From positions 434,001-498,000 of the forward strand of contig JAHLTZ010000015.1 of assembly GCA_025786725.1 (NCBI GenBank): a stretch of DNA of 64,000 nucleotides, in the 5' to 3' direction. This document shows, one piece after another, positions 26,318 through 40,726 of this stretch; position 1 is the first letter of the stretch; each line of letters starts with the position of its first letter. Under the pieces are notes generated by a model. It did no database searches. It saw only the letters and a program-made list of their open reading frames with translations, and had not been told where the DNA came from. The stretch is from Syncephalis fuscata S228. Its lineage: Eukaryota > Fungi > Zoopagomycota. A program made the position numbers and the translations under genes.

Positions 26318-29300
26318 TTGTATTGTCAGTCACAATTCAACATGTTAACACAATACTTACAGTTATCCATAGGTTGTTGTTTTGAAATGTTAGTTGAATA
26401 CTGAGGCTTATAGAGCTCTTTTTTCTTTGGGCTGCCGTTGATAGATAGCTGCGGAAATACATTGGGTGTGTTATGCATTGAAGACTCCATTATAGCTTGT
26501 CAATGTCAAATAAAAGGACCTCAGCAAAGCTGAACTGGCTGCACTATGTGCACCTAATGCTGATTGCTTTCCAGACCAATAATAAAGGATTTGCTAATAA
26601 TTGATGCAGTGTCTCTAATGGATAAATAAAAATAGTTAGTAGTGATTAAATAAAATAAGCCATTATAATATAGGGTATAAGTAAATGCTTAGTATAGCAT
26701 CTTTTTTGTATCGTAATTGCTAGATTGACAATTTACATACTGAAAATAATCAGTCTGGCATTAATGCCACCAGCAATTAAATAACATCAGCAATAGATAT
26801 TGGATATAAAGCAAACGCGCACAAATATCATAATGGCATGGCATTTCAACAAAGGTAAGGTAAAGCAAACGTGTTCTATATTACCTTTGGAAATAAAGTA
26901 TGAATGCACAAAGAGCGTTGCGTTTAAAGAATGTTAGCCGTGGCGTAGAATCCGTTAGACGATCAGTGAAAAGATGTTCTAAAGAGTTACAGTTGTAGTA
27001 AAGCTTATTAGTATGAAGCAAGTAAACCGGTAGTTTGCAGACTACTGGAAATTGCGTAACAAACAAGAGTACAAGCTGCCTAGCTAATCAAAGAAAATAG
27101 CCATAAAGCATGCGCAAGTTCAAGTAAATGGAATTAACGACTATTATCGTTCGGCTTTTATAAAAGCAATATTCTAGTAGGAATAGTAGGCAATGCAGTC
27201 GTTACATCGGCCAAAAAGAAATTGGCACAGAGAAACAAATGGCTATTTAACCACCCATGCAGCTAGAAAAGGGCACTCTATGCTTTGTTTGATACAAGTA
27301 CAAAACAAGCCGAAAAGTTATGGTAAAGTACGAACAAACGACTGTTCACCGCAATAGTATGAGCCGCACCTACCAAATACAAAGCATAACGCTTTATCCA
27401 CGCAGAAAAAAGACAAACAAACGGTCACCAATTGGCCGGAGGTATTGGTACTGCAAAAGAAAAAGGCTTAAGCCAAGAAGATAAAATGAAGTGGAGAAGA
27501 CTAAGTAGTAAAAGTTCAAAAGGGATAAAACGATGAGAGGTGTGGTGTTAAGATGGGAAAAGGGGAGCAAGTTGCAACAGTACAAATATTTGTATACCCC
27601 AAGACTTGTCAATGGTCAAGGATAAGCACAATAAGCGATACAAAGCTATCAATAAGGTCTCGAGACTAATATCTGTAAATACTAATAGCAAATAGCTTCT
27701 GTAAATTGTATCAAATAAGCTATTTCTAGAATATATCAAACTTTATGGCAATAAAACTTGCACGAGATTACATCTGCCAAGGATTGAATGGTGATTTCCA
27801 ATGGAAGCCACGCGGGTATCCAAAGCGCCAATACATTGTAATGGCAAAGTCATATCTCATTGTTTAATTTATGGACAGTAATAACAATGCAATTGCGTAA
27901 ATATTTCATCATTTAAACTTGTACTTTTTTACTTTTTAAATATGCTAAAAATACATTAAATGAAGCTATACTAACAATGCAATACTAAGAATTTAATAGC
28001 TTATAAACAATTAAATTAACTAATTAATTGTTCTAGTTTATTAATAAAATAAACAAGTTGCCATTTTAATTTGTTTGATCGAATAATTACATATGTTAGA
28101 ATGTGTTCATTAATCAATTATAAAATTACGTATTTTTACGATACATAATATATTAAATTTTATTTATAATAATGAGTATTTATAATCTAATTATTGTAAT
28201 TTTATTAATAAAGTTAAGCAAACTAATAATTGCGTAAACGTGTTTTTAATATAAAAGTACAATATTTATTTGTTTATTATTTATTATGTTAGCTTTTTAG
28301 CTGTGTTAGACTATATTTAAAACGGTTTATAATGCATTATTTTACTCATTATTTAATAGATTGCTTAATAGCTGATAGATAAAAGTACAGCTCATTAACA
28401 GCTGCTAATATTGACATAAAAATAAAATAAAATAAAAGTTAATTTGCGTAATTTAGATTGTTAATAGAATAAACGTAAAAAAAACAGTTTATATTGTACA
28501 TATTAATTAAACGGATAGTTAATATCCTTTACAGCTATTGTAATTAAAAACTATATTAACTTATTATTTAGATTTCAATAAAAATATTTTTAGTTGATAT
28601 ACATCGTGTATTGACAAGTAAATTTAAATAGATAAATAAAATAAAAGTTAATAGCAATTTATTAAATAATTATGGTTTTGTGCTACAATTATGCTGTATA
28701 TATCCAAATATGTATATTTATTATTGTACTAATAAAATGTATCGCCCAACCATTCAGTACGTTTTCTAAACTCCATCGAGTATACGACAAAGCTGGTGTT
28801 AACCAGCCATCGTCTCGACAAGAAATAGCACTGGATAAGCTACACTATTGCACTGAAACCAGCACAAAAATGCATTCCGACGGATAGCAGAAAAGCGGGT
28901 AGTAGACACCAACATGCCGATAAGCAAAACGCTTGGCCAGCACGGCGTCCACAGCCCTGGCTGCTCTACTCTAGCACACCATTGACTCAAGCCTGAGCAA
29001 TATCCGGCGCGATTGCCGGAGGAAAAAGGCGCGCCAAACATTAGATGCTTGACGTATTATCACCATTGTTCCGGTCTCACAACTGCATACAATACAGACA
29101 TGATCTCAAACAACAATAAAGGTGCGCTTCTTTCCGCGCAAAGGGATCTAAGGTGAAGTGTGCATAGAGAAGAAGAAAAGAAAAAGAAAAAAGAGATTTT
29201 TTTCTTTTCAATAAGATGCCATAATGACAGCGCAGAATGTGTGCTACACAGGGGCAGCAGTTTTTTGGGGGTTTGTCTATAGTTACTTAGCTGCATCACG

Positions 29301-30598
29301 TGTGTCATGTTGCGTTATGAGCAGTGAAGAGAATTTGCTCCAATGTAATTACACGCTCAACTTGATACTATTTTATTTATTTTTCCTTTACACTAAAAAT
29401 ATAACTGTAATTTATAAATATGCCGAATCGTTGTATCCAGGCTATAGCATAGTAGTAAAATAGGTCAATCTAAAAATAAAGAACCCATTTATTCATGTGA
29501 ATAATCTATTTTTTACATATCTTATTAGCATTGTAATACTTTTCCTGCCATATACAACGACTTTGAACACAATTTAGTACATGGTAAAGTCTAGGAAAAT
29601 ACGCTTTAACTTATATGTAACTATATGGACATGTTTTAATATAGTAAAAAGCAATAAAATTCTCATCAACAGCTTATATTTTCCTCTATGTATTTAATAT
29701 TAATTATAGTTAATATTAAATTTTATCATCTAAGTCGGTGATGTCTAGACAATAAAATTTGTGCCTTTAGCTACTTTAAATTCATTTCAAAATAATGTAA
29801 ATTAATGCACCAGCCTTTAATTTATAAAATAAAATAATTTAATTAATGTTATAACTTTAATATTATTTATTATTCTCAAATTGATTACTATATATTTTAA
29901 CATTTATATTAATAATGCTACTATTTCTATACCATCTATATATTCACCAAAGCAAAGCAATAATAATAAACATAAAATAAGTCATTGTAAAATTCCGATA
30001 GAGCTATATTTTTAAATAATATTCTAGTAATAGCTCACTACAATTGCTATAATGAATAAATAAACATTTATAAATAGTAATTAGTATAAAACATTACTAA
30101 TTATCTGCTAGATAGTCTATTTTAAAACAAAACGTTTTTATGATGTATTATTTAATCATTTGGCTATTAATTTATTATAATAAATATGCAAATTTTACCT
30201 TACAAATTCATGATAAAGCGCTTGTCTTAATTGTTTACAATTAATAATAAATAACTAGCACCATCAATGCTATTGATATATTACAGTCATTTTTCTAATT
30301 TGTTTGCTTTCGGATTTAAGCTAAATACCATTAACTAGACGTCAGCTACTAAGAATCAAAAGTCAAATAAGTTCTTATGTTACTTGGTGCCTATTTACTG
30401 TTGCATCACGTGATGAGTGCTGACAGGGGTAGCTATCGTGTATCATTTGGACCAGCAACAGAAATGGGGTAGTTGTACGCTGCCCCACACCTGGATTATC
30501 TTAAACACACGTTCACGCTTGCGTTGAATAACTAATATTGCTCTTTATTTACATTGTTGTTTCATAGGGCCGCTGCTATCCTTACTACTGCTACTATC

Positions 30599-33014
30599 AT
30601 GTCTGCTCCTACTGAACACGAACAACAGCCACCGGTCTCACCGGAAAACAACGCTACAACATCCCAAGAGGGAGACGAGAAACTTGACATGAAAACCGCT
30701 GTCTCACCAGTTGATTCTACGGCACAATCCAATGCCGATAAAACTATCGATAAGACCACCGAAAATAAAGAACAGGATCTCGCTAGCGATAGCGTAGATA
30801 ACGAGAATAGACAAGCAAATGGTGCTAGCCAAACAGCGGACGACACTATACAGCCAAAAGCTGACTTTAGCGGCGCTCTTGCGCGCGCAAAAGCTGTTGC
30901 CGCTTTAATGACCACACACACTACTGAGGATTCGTGTAGGTACCAGAATGGACGAACAACTAGAACCCAATAGCATATGCACTAACCTGAACTGCTATAT
31001 AGCTCAAGAAGGCGAATCGGCACAAGGCATCAAACGTGGATATGACGATATTGAAAACGGAAGCCACACAGTGTCTGGAAACAAGCGTGAAAACAATAAT
31101 AGAGAACGTGAAACAAAACGTGGCGCTTTTGACGATCGTAATGGTAACCTAATTAGTAATACCAGTTACGCTGTAATATATTTACTAAGTATACTATTTG
31201 TGTAGAAACAGCATCAAAGAAATCAACACAATCAACTGCAAAAGGTGGTAAAAATAATGAAACACCACAAAAGAATAATAATGGGCAATGCCAACAAATC
31301 AATAGTCCTGCTACTACAAATACAGTTCCCACTACTACTACTACTACTACTTTGCAAAGTACAGACACATTAAATCAGACAACGACAAAAGAATTTCTTG
31401 TGCCGCATTCAATGGCTGGTCTAGTTATCGGTCGAGGCGGTGAGAATCTAAAGCGCATAGAACAACAAACACAAACACGAGTTCAGTTTACCCAAGGTAA
31501 GAATATATATATATATGAAATGGCGAGTTATATTGGCAGAATAGCTATAAATACTAATGGCTATAATAGATCCGCCCGATGCTCAAGGCATGCGACGTGT
31601 TACGGCAGCTGGCTCGTTGGAGGGCGTCGATCGAGCCTATCAATTGATTTTAGCATTATTAGAAGAGCCACATTCGGGACAACCGGCCGGCAGTACATTT
31701 GTCCAGACAGGTCAAAATTCAGAGATAATTCTGGTGCCTAATGAACGCGTGGGTCTATTGATTGGACGTGGTGGTGAAACTATACGAGAAATTCAGCGAC
31801 GCGGCAATGTCCGTGTTAATGTTACGCCCGATTCTCAAACGGCCAATGGACAGGCCGAACGACCTGTACAAATTATCGGTGATGCACAAGGTGTGCAAAC
31901 AGCACGCTCGCTTATTCAGGAAATTATTGAGGGCACTAGCTCATTGGTAGGTTTAATTGATTTTAATTAAAATTGCCACTAAATTATTGTTATAATAATA
32001 TTTAGATTGCTGGCAATACAGCAGCTCCCTTCGCTGTTCAGCCTACACCCAGTGTAATTGTTCAAGGTCCGGGCGGAACGGTAACAGAAACAATTGAAGT
32101 AACACACGACTCTATCGGCGGAATTATTGGACGAGGTAGGCATTTTGCACACTAGTAATACCAGTATACTTAATACAGTACACTATAGGTGGAGAAACGG
32201 TAAAGTATCTACAGCAGCTATCAGGAGCACGCATTCAAGTGGAACCAAACGCCAATGGTAGTAATCCTATGCGAAAAGTCCACATTTCAGGTAGATCTAA
32301 ATATCAGCATTACATTACAACTAGGTTGCTAATCCATTGGGATAGGGACACAGGATGCTGTTGCGCGTGCGCGTGGGATGATTGACGAACAGGTGTCAGC
32401 ACGTAATGTCGGTAACTATTGCGATTAATGCGCGGTGTGATGTTGATGTTTTGTTTGCTATATTTATGTGCGCCCGGATTATACTGTTATACGCGGCTGC
32501 TATTGTTTTTGTGTTGACTATGCATGTGTTGTACCATTACATGATAATATGTTGTTTGTGCGTCTATAACTGCTCAATATGGATTATTACATTATAACAG
32601 CGAGGCGTGCCGGGCCGTTACGATCCACGTGCACAGTAAGTGGTTTATTATACAGTGTACTAAATGGTATGCTAAACAACTTGATTAGGGATCTTAGCGG
32701 ATATAATCGTAATTACTTTAATGCTTATGCCCAGGCTTATGGTAATTATTACGCTGGTTTTGTTGCAATTTACTAATTATGTTTACGCGTAAAGCCTATG
32801 GGCAACAAGGCCAGATAGATTATAGTGCGTATTACGCACAATACGGCCAACAGTACGCCGATTATTATGCACAGTACTATAGCCAGCAAGCACAACAGGC
32901 GCAACAGGCGCAACAACAAAGTAAGACGACAATAAATACTCATCGTAGGCTGAATGTTTAATCTATTATCTAGGTGCTGACCATCAAACGTCTGGCACTT
33001 CGCCTAATCAGTAG
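30599..33014 (+). CDS. KH-domain RNA/ssDNA-binding protein, FUBP/KSRP/PSI-like
   Basis: Three KH motifs (GLVIGRGGENLK, GLLIGRGGETIR, GGIIGRG|GETVK); N-terminal helix DFSGALARAKAVAA; Tyr/Gln-rich tail DYSAYYAQY...YAQYY. Confidence 0.88.
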
Positions 33015-33290
33015 AAGCGTCTAAATGATGTCCAATTCTATTCTATTATTTCATTATTTGGACAATGACAATTCAAACTGATAGGCAGTGGTTGCAATCT
33101 TTGCATTTTCTCAATCGCACATTTTGTTACTAATCCATACTACTTTATGCTCTATGGTAATAGCAAGAATGCAGCTTACTAACATGAATCATTGGCTATA
33201 GCTGAGACTGCATTTTATTGTGAATGAGGGTGGGCGTAAATAAACAAAATAAACACTTTTATTTATCTTTTTCTGTTACATTCTTTGGCC

Positions 33291-34365
33291 ATGACAACCA
33301 CACTGCCCTTGGCAGAATCATTGGTTAAAATAGCGAATGAGGTAGAATTAAGTAGTAGATTGCAATTGTAAAGTATAACATTTGTATTTATTAATAGTCG
33401 GCGCAACCGGCACCATGGTTATGTCCAGCGAGAATAGTCAAAACTCGTAAAAAGCAAGTAAATGATTATATATATATATTTGATTTAACATATATTAGTC
33501 AAATAGCCGTTTATTCAATCAAAGCAGATCAATTGAGAGATGTAGAAAAGAAATGGATTTACCAATTAGTAGAGAAAAATATGCGTGCTATGTAAAATAA
33601 ATATAATAAAGTGTAATAAACCAAGCACTTGCTAATTGTTGTTTAGATATACAACAGCAAGCTGGGACTGGGACAAGGAGGAGAAACGTGCCGAGCTATT
33701 TCATAAAGATTCACGCTTTATTATTGCTCAATCGAATTCATCGGATGATTCATTAAAGCCAGTAGATAATGAGCAATTTAACAAAGTGATCCGACAATGG
33801 CTTGCTTTTGCAATGTTTCGATTTGACACCGAGGAACAAATGGCCTCGGATGATATGATTCCGGTACTTTACTGGTCAGTAGCTATTCGTATCTAGAGAG
33901 AGAGAAAGAGAGAGAGAGGGGGGGGGAGGAAAAGAGAGTAGCCGAGACAAATAGATACGCCAAGACATACTTAATGATAATAGCTATGAGTTACAGGTAG
34001 ATTGTTCGGCTCAGGGACAAGGCATTGGCCGTATTCTAATGCAAGAAATGGACAAAATAGCCGCCCATTGGCATATGACTAAGATCATGCTTACTTTAAT
34101 AAAAAGTAAGTAAATTCATTATAAAATGTAATTTACTAATAATGATTAGTTAATACACCAGCAAAACTGTTTTATCAACAATTGGGGTAAGCCATATGAA
34201 ATGATCCAATTGCCTGGATACTCAATCAAGCGATCGTATAGATTCACTATAGATGAAATATCGCCAGAGAATATACTGCCTATGTATCGTGTAAAGCGTA
34301 TTTCATATCAAATACTTAGCAAATGCCCAGACACTAATACCGACCGTACTTTGATAGCTGAATAA
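33291..34365 (+). CDS. NAA40: N-alpha-acetyltransferase 40 (NatD, histone H4/H2A)
   Basis: WIYQLVEKNMRAIY, WDWDKEEKRAE, FAMFRFD, VLYC/W-YELQV..QGQGIGRILM, KIMLT, SYQILSK. Confidence 0.85.
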
Positions 34366-34604
34366 ACTTGTATTGCTTCACAACCATTGCACTATGACAT
34401 CCAAGACCATAAATCTAATAAAAACCATGCAATAATACGCAGTTATACCTGAAATAACCACTTGATCATTTGCTCAATAGCATAGTACCTTTTCTTTCTT
34501 GCAAACATTCTTATTGCTTCTTTTGTGTCAAGGCTGGTCCTGGCAATTTTAACTTTTAAATCAAAAACAATAATAGCAATAGCAACAACATAGCAACAAC
34601 TATA

Positions 34605-35643
34605 ATGCAGTCGATACTCTTTTGTGTTTTAAGTCTTATTTACCTTACTAACGCCCAAACATTACCCATTAATAGTAATGGTGGTGATGATAAAGTGCTA
34701 CACGTGCCGCGCCATCTAATCCATCAAACCTACAACCACAAAATCCCCTATGGGCAGTACAGCCAGCAAATAAGCCACCAGCTTTACCGGAACCAGTACC
34801 TGTGAACAATTACAATTCTGAACAACCAGTTGCTGGTACATCACCCGATAAGGCATCGCTAATACCGCCCAATGTACCTAGTTCTAATGTTCCATTAGTA
34901 CCAAATTATAAAGATCCAACGTTCGGCTTAGTGCCATCCAATCCTAATCATTTAGATAATGGCAAAACCGGCCATTCATGTAATATATCGAATGCACCTC
35001 ACTTTAGTAATCTATTCCTACAACCAACGCCCAATGCTCAATTCCAAAGCCAACCAGTACTAGTTGATGGACAATTACAGCTTACTAATTGTCAATTAAT
35101 TGTACGTGGTTTATCGATTCATCCACCCATTGATGGACTGTAAGTGCAATATTAATATTTCTATTAACCATTTAATTTTGATATTCTATATTATTTAGTT
35201 ATTGGTATGTGGCAAAAGCTGATCCTTTCAGCTATGATGCAAGTTCTTTAGGTTATGTGCCAGGCCAAGCACCAAATACAAATACTGGATTTCAACGCTT
35301 GTCTGAACGTCCGATACTACCAACTACATTTGCTCAAAAGCCTCCCAGTGCTGAACCTTTGCCTTCCTCGTCAGGAATGATATCTGATTTAAGCGATGGC
35401 CACCTAGCTGATGATAGTCTTAATAGCTATCCAATAGGCGATGGTATTAATATGTCTGAAGTTAATTATATTGTTCTTTATTCGGAAACACAGCGTATGG
35501 TGCTGGGTGCTGCTCACATTATGAAAGATATGGGACAAGCAGCTATTTCAGCGAGCAGTCATTTAATGGCATTCTCAACAAGCAATTCAAACATTATTAC
35601 TAGTGGATTTATTGCATCGGTTCTCTACCACTATATTGTATAA
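34605..35643 (+). CDS. Secreted Pro/Gln-rich protein with a possible DM13-like domain and a C-terminal GPI-like hydrophobic tail; frameshift(s) near 34700-34800
   Basis: Signal peptide MQSILFCVLSLIYLTNA; spliced GLYWYVA...YIVLYSETQRMVLGAAHI; Ser-rich spacer followed by a hydrophobic end. Domain assignment is tentative. Confidence 0.55.
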
Positions 35644-35836
35644 ACTAGTTTGATCTTTTTATTGTGTACCGTATAGTAGAAAGACTACCATGAACAAGTT
35701 ATAAAGTGATAAATAACATGAGATTTAATATTATTGTAACTACAATAGTAATAACAATATAACACTTTCACTTAATTACAGTTATCTATTCTATCTTTCT
35801 TTTCTTTTTCACCTGTTGCGCTCTGGCTGTGAGACG

Positions 35837-37334
35837 ATGTTTGCTCGCGGTTATAAGGTTGCGTCGACAGCGGCCCACACGACCCGTCGCGGTCTTTTTG
35901 GCTCAAATGGCACCTGGACAAGCCAGAGCCGTGCCTATACCAGTGAATCCAGTAGTGCGACGCGCCGAGTACTGCGTCCAGTCTATGTGGCCGGTCTAAC
36001 CGCATTTGCCGTTGGATTCACGCTATATAGTTTTGATTCGCGTGCCCGTGTCCATCGCTATGTAATCACACCGCTTATGCGTTATTTCCTCGATGGAGAA
36101 CAGGCGCATCAATGGGCAGTTGAAGCGGCAAAACGAGGTATAGTCCCGCGCGACTGGACACACGACGACGACGTACTTCGAGTAACGGTAAGTTGCAAAT
36201 AGTTCAGCAGTGACTGCAATATCTAATAAGCCAACTGTTACTTATGTCATTACGTATTATAGATCTGGGGTAAAGAACTGTCGAATCCAGTTGGTTTGGC
36301 TGCAGGCTTTGACAAAAACGCCGAGTGTATCGATAGCATGTTTAATCTCGGTTTCGGCACAGTGGAAATAGGTTCAGTGACGCCAAAGCCACAGCCCGGC
36401 AATCCAAAGCCACGCGTATTTCGTCTAACTGAAGATGACGCAATCATTAATCGATACGGCTTCAACTCGCAAGGTCATGAAGCAGTACTGGAGCATTTAC
36501 GGCAGCGAAAGCGTAAACATCGTGCTTATGGCAACATTGATATCGATAAATCATTTTACAATGGTCGTTTATTAGGTATTAATCTTGGTAAAAATAAATC
36601 ATCACTGGAAAGTTCCGGCGATGATTTTGTTCTTGGCGTGCAACAACTCGGCCATATGGCTGATTATTTAGTCGTTAATGTATCATCACCAAATACACCA
36701 GGATTACGTGGTATGCAGCGTAAAAATATTCTCTTTAATTTACTTCAAGAGGTAAACACCAATCACATAGATAATTACACGTTTAATTAGCTAATTCTAT
36801 TGTAGGTTAAACAAGCTCGCGATGCTTTGCCAGAACCACGTCCACCACTACTAGTTAAAATTGCACCTGATCTTTCAGATGGTGAACTACAAGATGTGGC
36901 GGCAGTAGTACATGATTGTAAGCTTGATGGTATTATCGTGGCTAATACAACTATTCAACGACCAGCTACACTTAAAAGCGGCAAGTGCCACACTAGTCTA
37001 TTTTATAGCAACTAATAAATTATTTGTAGATCCAGTAGTAGTACGTGAAACAGGTGGTCTAAGTGGTCCTCCCGTACGTCCTATGACACTTCACTGCTTA
37101 AAACAAATGTACCGTCTTACTGGCGGTACTGTGCCAATTATTGCCTGTGGCGGTGTTCAAAGCGGTAAAGATGCTTTAGAATATGCACGGGCTGGCGCTA
37201 CAACCATTCAATTATACACTGGCATGATCTACGAAGGACCAGGCATTGTAAGACGCATTAAAGATGAAATTGTTCAAGAACTTAATGGACGACGCTGGGT
37301 CGATGTGATTGGAGAGGATGTGAAGCAAATTTAA
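35837..37334 (+). CDS. URA9: Class 2 (mitochondrial, quinone-dependent) dihydroorotate dehydrogenase
   Basis: [79 protein letters not shown]; presequence plus TM anchor. Confidence 0.95.
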
Positions 37335-37383
37335 TATCATATAAAGAATGTTCTCGCTTGCTTTCTTGTTAGCAGTAGCAATA

Positions 37384-38712
37384 TTAATTAGAACGTGTTC
37401 GTTTTCCTTTGCCTTTTGGCTTTCTAGCATTTTTGTCCACCGACATGCTATCCGGTGTCATGGTAGCCATAGACATAGCCGGAATGCTTTCCGTGTTGTC
37501 ATTGCCTTCGTTTTCTTCGTCGGATGAGGAGTCGTCTTCATTGGCACGTCGTTTCAGTCCCTTCATCTTACGTGTCTGTAATTGACCAAAGTCCTGTCGT
37601 TCCATATGAATTCGACCAAATTGATCGCCCAATTCGTCGTGTTCTACATTCTTCACCTTCTTCTTCTGTATTCGTTATTAGTAAATGAATATAGCTATTT
37701 TAATTAGACTTGAAATTACCTTAATCTCAGCCGGTACGCGAAGTGCTTGTTTCATTAGTTCGTCAGGTGCAAATTGTGTGCGGCGAATGGTGAAATCCAT
37801 TGAAGGCCCCATTTCTTCAAGCTCAACGCGTGGCAATTTAGTGCCAGACTTCCTTAATTGCACGGTATAGACACGCAAAAAGATTCGACCCATCGTTGTT
37901 GGCGAAGGCATTGGCCCTGCTGTGACTACAATAACATGCTCCAGCCCTTCCAAATTGACAGCATCTGCTTTCTCGCCCTGGAAGAAATGTAATCATAGTT
38001 AAGAATTAAACAACTATTAATAACTATTAAAGCTATTCAGTATTATTAAAAGGATATCTAGTAGCAAGTTCTTTAGTTTCATATACTCTTCTTGCTGTTC
38101 AAATAGGTCACCGTTGAATATAAGACATGGCTTCATACCAGAAGCACACTTTTTTGTCTATTGAACAAATTATTATTATTATTAAATATTACATATGTAA
38201 TATTTATTTATACATTACCTTGAAATCGCTCATTGATACAAACCTATCGAGTCCAATTTCAATCATATCCAGTAAATGATGATCAAACATACGGCCAAGT
38301 ACAAGATTGTGCGGTCGCTTCTTTGAATGCGAACCAACGGCAAATAGCGAAGTATCGTTCTTTTGCGATAAAAATTCGAGTGGCGTTTCATCTTCAAATG
38401 GACGAATGTCGTTCTTCTTAGTGAAATGAATAGCTTGCGGCTTCTTTAGCAAATACTAGTATATACGAGTTAATTAAGCAACTATTCATTCGCTTAACTT
38501 ACCAAATCAGATAGTGCCGTATTGACAATCTGGCTTGTAGTTGCCGATCGAATAAATAGTGCTGTTTTGGCATTCTCTATTACTTTTGGCTCTCGCTTCA
38601 CTAATGCACGCTTGGAACGAGCATTCTTTGGTTTACTATTACGAATGTATTAGTCGTGTTTATTCTAATAAAACCATTGCGGCTATTACTAGACTTACAC
38701 TGCACGTAACAT
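37384..38712 (-). CDS. RPF2: Brix-domain ribosome biogenesis protein Rpf2
   Basis: KPKNARSKRAL..REPKVIENAK, KKNDIRPFEDET.LEFLSQKND.SLF..GSHSKKRPHNL, PRVELEEMGPSMDF, KNV..D.LGD.FGRIHM..QDF..LQTRKMKGLK. Confidence 0.93.
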
Positions 38713-40726
38713 TGTGTTGAATTCGGATTGCAAAGTGGAAAGTAAAAGAAATGATTTTTTTCTTTTTTTTCGTACTTTTTTATTATAGTGTGTTATACTT
38801 TACTAAAATTGTCACCAAAAACTTGTTCAATGTATATTATGCATCCAACTTAATATTATCTCTTTCGATTTTTAATGGTATTGATGTGTATTTCTAAATC
38901 AGTAGAATAATATATAGTTAAGCGAATAATTAAAGAAAGTATAGCTATAAATAGTAAAGTATAGTATATTTAAGTGGACCATGTTGAATTCTACAAAGAA
39001 TATGACTAATGACAAAGAAACAGCCTTTATTAATAATTAATAGTTGGTGAGGCATAGGATAGCATAGAACGGAATGAATGAATAAAAGAAGCTATAATTT
39101 ATATGGCTCAATGAGCGACATGAGTCAAAGTTTATAGCAAATAAGGCTAGAATTATACAAACGTAGTTTTAAATAGAGTGTGGTCAGTACAGGATAGAAC
39201 GATATATAATAGAATGAATATGCAAGGGAGGGAAATGAATAAAGAATTAGAGAAATAAAAGTATTGTATGAATAGACTAGTCATTATCAGGATCCATGAG
39301 TTGTTATATGGTAGTAGTGCTTTTATGTCAACATATAACTGATACTGCTAGTATTTTGTTAATGATATCAACAAAGATATACAATACTATCATAGTGGCT
39401 GGGATAGATCGGATTAATATGATAATTGTATCTATTCATAAAGTACGTGCAAAGTAATAGAATAAGCATGTATAAGATAGATTCATCTATAGCAATTCAA
39501 TATCATTATGAAGTAAATCGAGTATGTATAAAAATATCTGTTTATTACGTACTGGATAATTGTAGAATTATATATGGTTGTCTAGGTCCGATGTTGTAAA
39601 TTGTTGATAAAGCCATGTTGTTTTAATTCTGCTGGTAAATAAATAATTAGCTTATTGAGGTATAAAGCATAATAAAACCTATTGAATTCAAAAATGAACA
39701 AACAACTAGTCATGTGCAACTAAAATGGCTATTTGCATTTCATTGTAACAGTTTTCTATGTTCTTACACAATATATCATGAGTTTTATAGTAGCAATACA
39801 AGCCTACAAGTCATTTGTCTACTTTTTATTTGAGCTGATAAATAATATAAAATTGTTTTAATTATTAACATTTGCATTTCAGTAGAATTTATTTACAAAA
39901 GTAAAAGTGGTTGATTAAAGTTACAATGTAGTGTTTTCGTTTTCTTATACTTAATTACAGCATATTGATTAGTGATATTCGACTACTTGCGTTGTTCATT
40001 CATTCCAATGACATTCACTGTTCATTTTCATCCATCTTGCTTCCTTTTCCACTTAATATCCTTTGTCTCTAGCAGTATCATTGACTAGTACGCACACTCA
40101 GTCCATTTAATATACAATTGTTTAACTAGCTAAATTGAATAACATTATAGCCAATAGCATAAAAGTGCCAATTATACAATGTTCAATGATACAGTATCTA
40201 TTTCACAACATTGCATACATTCAAGTCAAATGATATAGTAACGCTGTTATATACAATCTATATCGTTCGTGAATAAGCAGTAATTTAGTAGTGGTTTTGT
40301 GTTAATCAAATGACGACTTTATTAAGTAATAATGACTACATACTAATTGCTATTTGAATAATAATGCTATTACAATTACTTTAGTTTACATTGTTCACTA
40401 ACATAGCGCATTTGTACAAGTTTATTGTCAATATATTTAATCAATTAATGTTAGTCTTTGTAAGCAAATAGAATATAAACACAGCTATAATAGCTTAATC
40501 AAACATAATTAAAATGAAACCATATGTTTATTACTAAGTCTGCATAGCTGAGCATGTACAGAAAAATAGAAACATGTTGGCAATATAAGGAGTCCATCGA
40601 TTAAGGGTTGAATAAACCGGGGCATTGGATGGAACTTGATATATGAATGGACTGAATGGCGTAGTTGTCAAATGATCTTGATTCTTGCCGAATATATACC
40701 TAAAATATATATAACTTGCAGTCCAA

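Noticed and set aside
39280-39620. Possible small spliced gene on the minus strand (MALSTIYNIGPRQP...)
   Set aside because: One plausible intron but no recognisable domain and an early stop; cannot be supported.
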